Assembly (NCBI GenBank): GCA_045638225.1 | Contig: JAZUAW010000056.1 | Span: 8,480 to 72,479 of the forward strand | DNA length: 64,000 bases | Direction of reading: 5' to 3' | DNA from: Faecousia sp. | GTDB taxonomy: Bacteria > Bacillota > Clostridia > Oscillospirales > Oscillospiraceae | Shown here: piece after piece, positions 58,623-64,000 of the stretch | Layout of the letters: every line of letters starts with the position of its first letter | Position numbering within the stretch: position 1 is the first letter of the stretch | Notes under the pieces: generated by a model | Databases searched by the model: none | What the model saw: only the letters and a program-made list of their open reading frames with translations | What the model was told of the DNA's origin: nothing | Translations under genes and position numbers: made by a program

Positions 58623-58768
58623 AGCGGGCACTCCTTTTTGTTTTCCGTTATTATATCCCAATTCAAAAGAAAACGCAATAGTTGCGTACTAAAATTAGAG
58701 AATATTTGTGCGCCAACGGTGCACGGAGCGCGTTTGCCTGCCAATGCGGAAACAGCCATAGTCTGCGT

Positions 58769-58809
58769 AAAAAATCCCACGATCCCATGCCGAAGCCGGG
58801 ACCGTGGGA
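58769..58809 (-). terminator. Terminator of the RCC1-like gene
   Basis: Minus strand TCCCACGGTCCC...GGGATCGTGGGA then T6. Confidence 0.65.
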
Positions 58810-58876
58810 GCGAATGCTATGGAAGAGAATATTCGGGTGGCTTAATATAGTGCTGCAACCGTTAGGTGTCGCCTTT

Positions 58877-61800
58877 TTAGCCCTGCTGCATTTCTGGCAG
58901 CCGGATATTTCTCCATGCGGGGAATCTGCGCTGGCCAAACAAATCGTCACCGACAGACAGGACTGTGCCATCTTTTTTCAGACCCACCGTGTGATTCGGG
59001 CCGCTGGCGATGGCTACGAGATCCCGCCAGGAGGAAATGTTCAGCTCGTAATTGTTATTGCAGCCGGCAGTAACGGTGGTTCCATCCTTTTTTAGGCCAA
59101 TGGTGTGACCATAGCACGCGGAGATGGCGACAATATCCTTCCAGCCGGATACATAACACTCACCGTACTGGTTTCTGCCTGTGGCGACTACAGTGCCGTT
59201 CTTTTTCAAGCCCACAGTATGTTCGCTGCCGACAGCTATGGCAACAATATTATTCCAACCTGCGACATTGCACTGATCATAATCGTTGTCTCCGATTGCG
59301 ACCACTGTGCCGTCGGCTTTCAAACCAACGGTATGACGTTCGCTGGCGGCCACGGCAATGATATGGTTCCAACCCTTGATATCGCACTGACCGTAATTGT
59401 TAGACCCCGTTGCCACAGCTGTGCCGTCAGCCTTGATGCCAACGGTATGGGCGGTTTTGTAACCATCACCAACAGCTACTGCTACGATGTCTTTCCAGCT
59501 GGACACATCGCACTGTCCGTATTCGTTTTTGCCTACGGCGACCACAGTGCCGTCAGATTTCAGACCCACGGTGTGATTGCCGCTTGGGGCGACGGTTACG
59601 ATGTCTTTCCAATTGGCGACTTCGCATTGCTTGTCGTAGTTGTAACCTGCGCTCAGCACGGTGCCGTCCGTCTTAACAGCGAAGGTGCAGTAAGTTCCGG
59701 CCACAAGAGAAGGTCCCGTGATGATGGGCTTGGCCGCTGTGATCGGCGCTGCAGGTTTAGCAGACTGCACAATGGGGGCTTGTGTTTTGGAGAAGGGAGA
59801 TTCCACTGCCGGGGAAACAGTTACAATGCGCTGAGGGGGTTGAGGCAGCCGGATGCCGCGCCAGTTGGTTACTGCACACTGCTTGTTGTAGTTGCTGCCC
59901 ACTGCCCGCATGGAACCATCCGGGAACAATGCGGCGGCATGATGGCTGGAAATGGTCACGGCTGCGGGATTTGCCCAGCCCAGCATATGGAATGTGGCCT
60001 TCGTTTCGCCTTCGTTGTGTCCAATCATTACCAGCGTGCCATTGCGACGTTTGCCAACGGTGTAGTAGGAGCCAGCGAAGATCTCTACAATATCCTGCCA
60101 GGCGCTGACATCGCACTGCCCCTCCGTATTTCTGCCCATAGCCACGACGGTGCCGTCCTTTTTCAGACCCACCGTGTGGAAAGAGCCTGTGGATATGGCT
60201 GTGATGTCTTTCCAATCGGATAGATCACATTGACCATATTTGTTATCGCCTGTGGCAACTACAGTGCCGTCTTTTTTCAGACCCGCAGTATGGAAATTGT
60301 AGGAAGAAATGGCGACGATATCTTTCCAACCGGTCACATTGCAGCCGCGGTTGTCATAGGGCCTGGAAGCAACTACGGTACCATCGTTTTTCAAACCAAT
60401 GGTGTACCAGGCGCCTGCTGCTACGGCTACGATATTTTTCCAACCGGACACATCGCCTGCCGTTTCGTCGCCAACGGTAACCACGGTGCCGTCTGCTTTT
60501 AGACCCGCATCATGCCATCTGCCAGCGGCCACTGCCACGATATCACGCCAGGAGGAGGTATCTCTCCAATCACCGGTCAGGGTAGTGACTACCGTGCCGT
60601 TATTTCGCACCGCAATGGTGTGGATTTCCGAGGAGCCAATGGTGGCGCCGCCGGGCTTGGTAAACAGCATGACCGGATCTGCGGGTTTTGCAGTGGTTGT
60701 CTCAGCGGCTTGGATCAATTTCACGGCCTGATCAGGAAGCTGAACATTTTTCCATGTGGATACATTGCACTGGTTATCCCGGTTGTCACCTACTGCCACA
60801 AGGGTTCCATCTTTCTTTAGAGCCACAGAGTGTGAGGAACCGGCACTGATCGCTACAATATCGCGCCAATGGGAAACATTGCACTGGCGGTACTTGTTAG
60901 AGCCTGTTGCCACCACTGTGCCGTCTTTTTTGAGGCCTAATGTGTGCCATGTGCCTGCGGAAACCGCCACAATATCTTTCCAGCCGGATACATTGCACTG
61001 GCCGTCATTGTTCAGGCCTGTTGCCACCACTGTGCCGTTAGCCGTCAGGCCTACTGTGTGAAATTTACTTGCACATACAGCAACGATGTTCTTCCATTTC
61101 GATACAAGGCACTGACCGTAATCTCCATTTTGGGCGTGTCCGGCGGTTACAACTGTGCCGTCCTTTTTTAAGCCTACCGTGTGACTGTGTCCGGCGGCCA
61201 CCATGGTAATGTCCTTCCAGTCGAATACCCGGCACTGGCCGTACTCATTGGAGCCTGTGGCGACTACGGTGCCGTCCCACTTCACGCCAAGGGTGTGTTT
61301 TTCACCAACTGCCACGGATATGATATCCGTCCAATCTGAAACAGCGCACTGAAGCTGCTTGTTATTGCCCACAGCCACTACGGTGCCATCTTCATTTAGA
61401 CCAACTGCATGCATTTGGCTACAAGCGACAGATACAATATTTCTCCAATCCGAAACATTGCGCTGGCCATACTCGTTGTAGCCGATTGCCTGTGCTGTGC
61501 CATTATTTTTGGCAACCACGGTAAGCCAGTCTCCGGCAGAAATGGTGTGGATACCTGCGTCGGTATGCTTGCGGATTTGGTTGAGCGGTGCCGGTTCAGG
61601 TTGTACGGCCGATGCAGCTGGCGTTTCTGCTGCCTTGATTGCCACGGGAAGCTTCGCAGGGCTGGGCAGCCGGACATTTTTCCAGTCGGATACATTGCAC
61701 TGCCCCTGGTTGTTTTCGCCTGCGGCCACCATGGTGCCCTTGGTTTTGACACCGGCCGCATGATTTCTGCCGCAGGCAAGGACTGCGACCTTGTCCCAGT

Positions 61801-63868
61801 TTGCCAGATCGCTGAGATTTTTGTAAGAATATCCTGCCAAGACGATAGAACCGTCATGCTTCAGGCCAAGCGTAAAGCCGTTGCCAGCGGCAATGGCTAC
61901 GATATCCGTCCATGCCGCTACATCGCATTGACCGCCATGATTTGCGCCGGTGGCGACCACAGTGCCATCTGCCTTCAAGCCTACCACATGGTCATCGCCT
62001 GCGGCGACCTGCTGGATATCCTTCCAGGAGGACACATCGCTTTTGTGGTACGAAAAACGGTTGTTTATCACCACAGTGCCATCTTTTTTAAGGCCCACCG
62101 TGTGATGCCGCCCGGCGGCGATGGCTACGATGTCTTTCCACTCAGTTTCCACACCGGTCCGATCGCTGATGGCAACCGTTCCGTCGGAGCGCAGGCCGAA
62201 TGCTTCTGCGTTGCTGCAACTGACGGTAACGATGTTGGTCCATTTGGCAATATTTCTCAGGTAAAAACTGTCCTCGCCAGCAGTGACTGCAGTGCCATCC
62301 GCTTTGATGCCTACGGTAAAGTTTTCACCGGCACCGACGGCTACGATATCCCGCCAATTCTGTACATTGCATTGCCCAAATTTATTGTCGCCGGTGGCCA
62401 CCACGGTTCCGCTGGTCTTCAAGGCTACCGTGTGCTTATCACCCAGTGCAATCGTAGCGTATTGGGGCTTGAGATCCAGTTGCTTCGGTGCAGGCTTTGG
62501 TGCCGGCTTCGGTGCGGGTTTGGCCGCAGGCTTTTCTGCTGGCTTTGGCTTCTCCGGCAGCAATTTGTCCAGCGGAGTGATGTTCCAGCGGTCGAATTTG
62601 GTTTGGCCTGCCAGCAGCATCGTGCCGTCGGATCGCAGGCCCGCGGTAAAGGTGGCACCGGCACAGATGGCGATGATATCCTTCCAGCCGGATACATCGC
62701 ATTGGCCATAGGAATTGTCGCCGGTGGCGATTACCGTATCATCGGCCAGCAGACCGACGGTGTGCCGATCGCCGGCGCTGATGGCCAGCACTTCGCTCCA
62801 CTCGAATACATCGCACTGACCATGGGTGTTGTCACCGGTGGCCAGTACTGCGCCATTTTCCGCCAGACCCACCGTATGGCAGCTGCCGGCGCTGATTTGG
62901 GTGATACCCTGCCAGAGGCCGATGTCACATCGGCCATCTTTGTTGGCACCGGTGGCTACCAGGGTTCCGTCGGTCTTCAGACCCACCGTGTGGATGGCAC
63001 CGGCGCTGATGGCCACCAGATTCTTCCACGCGCCCACCAAATGTTGGCCAAACTGTTTGCCACCGGCAGAAAGGGCTGTTCCGTCAGATTTCAGACCTAC
63101 CGAGTGATAATCACCGCAGCTGACCGCCATGATATTTTTCCAGGATTGCATGTTGCATTGACCGTACTGGTTATCGCCGGTGGCTACCACCGTGCGGTCA
63201 CGCCGCAGACCCAGCGTATGGCCCTTGCCTGCGCTGACGGCTACGATATCCCGCCATGTGGATACCTTGCACTGGCCGTATGCATCGCTGCCGCTGGCGC
63301 TGACACCCTGCTTGCTGTTGACGGCCACCACATGGTGGTCACCGGCAGCAAGGGAAAGACCGCCGGGCATTGCCGGCAGAGGCAATGCCTTGGAAAGGGG
63401 CTTCATATCCGGCAGCTTCCGCTTGTGGATAGTAAGATATTTTGTCGGAATCGTACTGGACAGGGTTGGATATTTCAGATAATCCATACTGCCGTCGAAA
63501 CCGCATTTTTCGCACTGCAAGGAATTGGTTACTTTGCCGCAAACCGAGCATTTGTACTGCTTGCCCTGGGAGAAGACATTTGGTTTCCCGGATTTTTGGG
63601 GCTGGGGTACGGCTGCCTGGGACGCTTGCTGGGGCTTATGGCATTTGGCGCATCGGAATCCTTTGATTTCCCGGTCCGGATAAAACCGTGTGCTGCCGCA
63701 GTATTGACAGGGCTGGCCTACGGAACGCTCCTTCTTGCGGGTGGAAATGGTCTTTCCACTGACTTTGCAAACAGTGGGGAACATCTCATAATTTTGGCTC
63801 CCGTCAAAGCCGCAGGCGGTACAGACGAAACCGTCATTTCTTTTGTTACATACCGGACATGTCGGCAT
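58877..63868 (-). CDS. Zn-ribbon + multi-RCC1-like (BLIP-II-like) beta-propeller repeat protein
   Basis: Three CxxC...CxxC pairs; dozens of ~39-aa HTVGLK.DGTVVA.G.N.YGQC.VS.W.DIVA repeats in five blocks; AGGAGG RBS. Confidence 0.9.
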   Translation of the reverse strand: MPTCPVCNKRNDGFVCTACGFDGSQNYEMFPTVCKVSGKTISTRKKERSVGQPCQYCGSTRFYPDREIKGFRCAKCHKPQQASQAAVPQPQKSGKPNVFSQGKQYKCSVCGKVTNSLQCEKCGFDGSMDYLKYPTLSSTIPTKYLTIHKRKLPDMKPLSKALPLPAMPGGLSLAAGDHHVVAVNSKQGVSASGSDAYGQCKVSTWRDIVAVSAGKGHTLGLRRDRTVVATGDNQYGQCNMQSWKNIMAVSCGDYHSVGLKSDGTALSAGGKQFGQHLVGAWKNLVAISAGAIHTVGLKTDGTLVATGANKDGRCDIGLWQGITQISAGSCHTVGLAENGAVLATGDNTHGQCDVFEWSEVLAISAGDRHTVGLLADDTVIATGDNSYGQCDVSGWKDIIAICAGATFTAGLRSDGTMLLAGQTKFDRWNITPLDKLLPEKPKPAEKPAAKPAPKPAPKPAPKQLDLKPQYATIALGDKHTVALKTSGTVVATGDNKFGQCNVQNWRDIVAVGAGENFTVGIKADGTAVTAGEDSFYLRNIAKWTNIVTVSCSNAEAFGLRSDGTVAISDRTGVETEWKDIVAIAAGRHHTVGLKKDGTVVINNRFSYHKSDVSSWKDIQQVAAGDDHVVGLKADGTVVATGANHGGQCDVAAWTDIVAIAAGNGFTLGLKHDGSIVLAGYSYKNLSDLANWDKVAVLACGRNHAAGVKTKGTMVAAGENNQGQCNVSDWKNVRLPSPAKLPVAIKAAETPAASAVQPEPAPLNQIRKHTDAGIHTISAGDWLTVVAKNNGTAQAIGYNEYGQRNVSDWRNIVSVACSQMHAVGLNEDGTVVAVGNNKQLQCAVSDWTDIISVAVGEKHTLGVKWDGTVVATGSNEYGQCRVFDWKDITMVAAGHSHTVGLKKDGTVVTAGHAQNGDYGQCLVSKWKNIVAVCASKFHTVGLTANGTVVATGLNNDGQCNVSGWKDIVAVSAGTWHTLGLKKDGTVVATGSNKYRQCNVSHWRDIVAISAGSSHSVALKKDGTLVAVGDNRDNQCNVSTWKNVQLPDQAVKLIQAAETTTAKPADPVMLFTKPGGATIGSSEIHTIAVRNNGTVVTTLTGDWRDTSSWRDIVAVAAGRWHDAGLKADGTVVTVGDETAGDVSGWKNIVAVAAGAWYTIGLKNDGTVVASRPYDNRGCNVTGWKDIVAISSYNFHTAGLKKDGTVVATGDNKYGQCDLSDWKDITAISTGSFHTVGLKKDGTVVAMGRNTEGQCDVSAWQDIVEIFAGSYYTVGKRRNGTLVMIGHNEGETKATFHMLGWANPAAVTISSHHAAALFPDGSMRAVGSNYNKQCAVTNWRGIRLPQPPQRIVTVSPAVESPFSKTQAPIVQSAKPAAPITAAKPIITGPSLVAGTYCTFAVKTDGTVLSAGYNYDKQCEVANWKDIVTVAPSGNHTVGLKSDGTVVAVGKNEYGQCDVSSWKDIVAVAVGDGYKTAHTVGIKADGTAVATGSNNYGQCDIKGWNHIIAVAASERHTVGLKADGTVVAIGDNDYDQCNVAGWNNIVAIAVGSEHTVGLKKNGTVVATGRNQYGECYVSGWKDIVAISACYGHTIGLKKDGTTVTAGCNNNYELNISSWRDLVAIASGPNHTVGLKKDGTVLSVGDDLFGQRRFPAWRNIRLPEMQQG

Positions 63869-63901
63869 GCGCTCACCTCCTTGTGTATGTGTGGTTTATA
63901 A

Positions 63902-64000
63902 TTACCACAATGCTACATCGTCAAGTCCATTCAGACCGGCTATAACGACAGTGCCATCCGACTTTAAACCCAACGTGCATGTTGAAGCGACAGCAACACT
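63902..64000 (-). CDS. C-terminus of a second RCC1-like repeat protein (partial, runs off the window)
   Basis: SVAVASTCTLGLKSDGTVVIAGLNGLDDVALW*. Confidence 0.7.
   Translation of the reverse strand, partial: SVAVASTCTLGLKSDGTVVIAGLNGLDDVALW

Noticed and set aside
58877-63400. ~117-bp periodicity as a possible CRISPR array or DGR
   Set aside because: Repeats are degenerate, in frame and coding; no fixed repeat-spacer pattern and no reverse transcriptase.
59105-63901. Repetitive plus-strand ORFs (830 aa, 372 aa and others)
   Set aside because: Mirror images of the RCC1-like repeats.

Overview
Bacterial DNA, most likely Clostridia (Oscillospiraceae-like; inferred from gene content and RBS style). 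Reading left to right: (1) 1-~7.3 kb is a visibly AT-rich, decaying defence region. It holds a Gabija-like OLD nuclease + UvrD pair, a DUF4143-type AAA ATPase bracketed by two same-architecture palindromes, a proteasome-like Ntn hydrolase broken by one stop codon, gene remnants and an orphan XRE antitoxin. TnpV and Fic follow it. (2) ~8.8-19.5 kb is an island bounded by two tRNA-Ala(GGC) relics. It carries a tandem WYL pair, a putative HEPN-Sel1 fusion, two more Sel1 proteins, a CAP lipoprotein, a ClpP coupled to a membrane-anchor-less VirD4/TraG-like ATPase, and a hypothetical protein. Two internal promoters share a 24-bp box at the same distance from the -10. This is the best candidate for an undescribed system. 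(3) A 3364-aa subtilase-LRR-dockerin surface protein. (4) A GalNAc/galactosamine PTS catabolic cluster with AgaZ/KbaZ but no local kinase or aldolase. (5) An ACT regulator + ECF S component behind a terminator-containing leader, and a macrodomain/HD/vWA/ADP-ribosylhydrolase cluster. (6) A complete F1Fo ATP synthase operon with a Na+-type c subunit. (7) A Zn-ribbon protein with five RCC1-like blocks, plus the end of a second RCC1-like gene. No CRISPR array, rRNA, intact tRNA or integrase was seen. All calls come from motif recognition by eye; no database searches were run.
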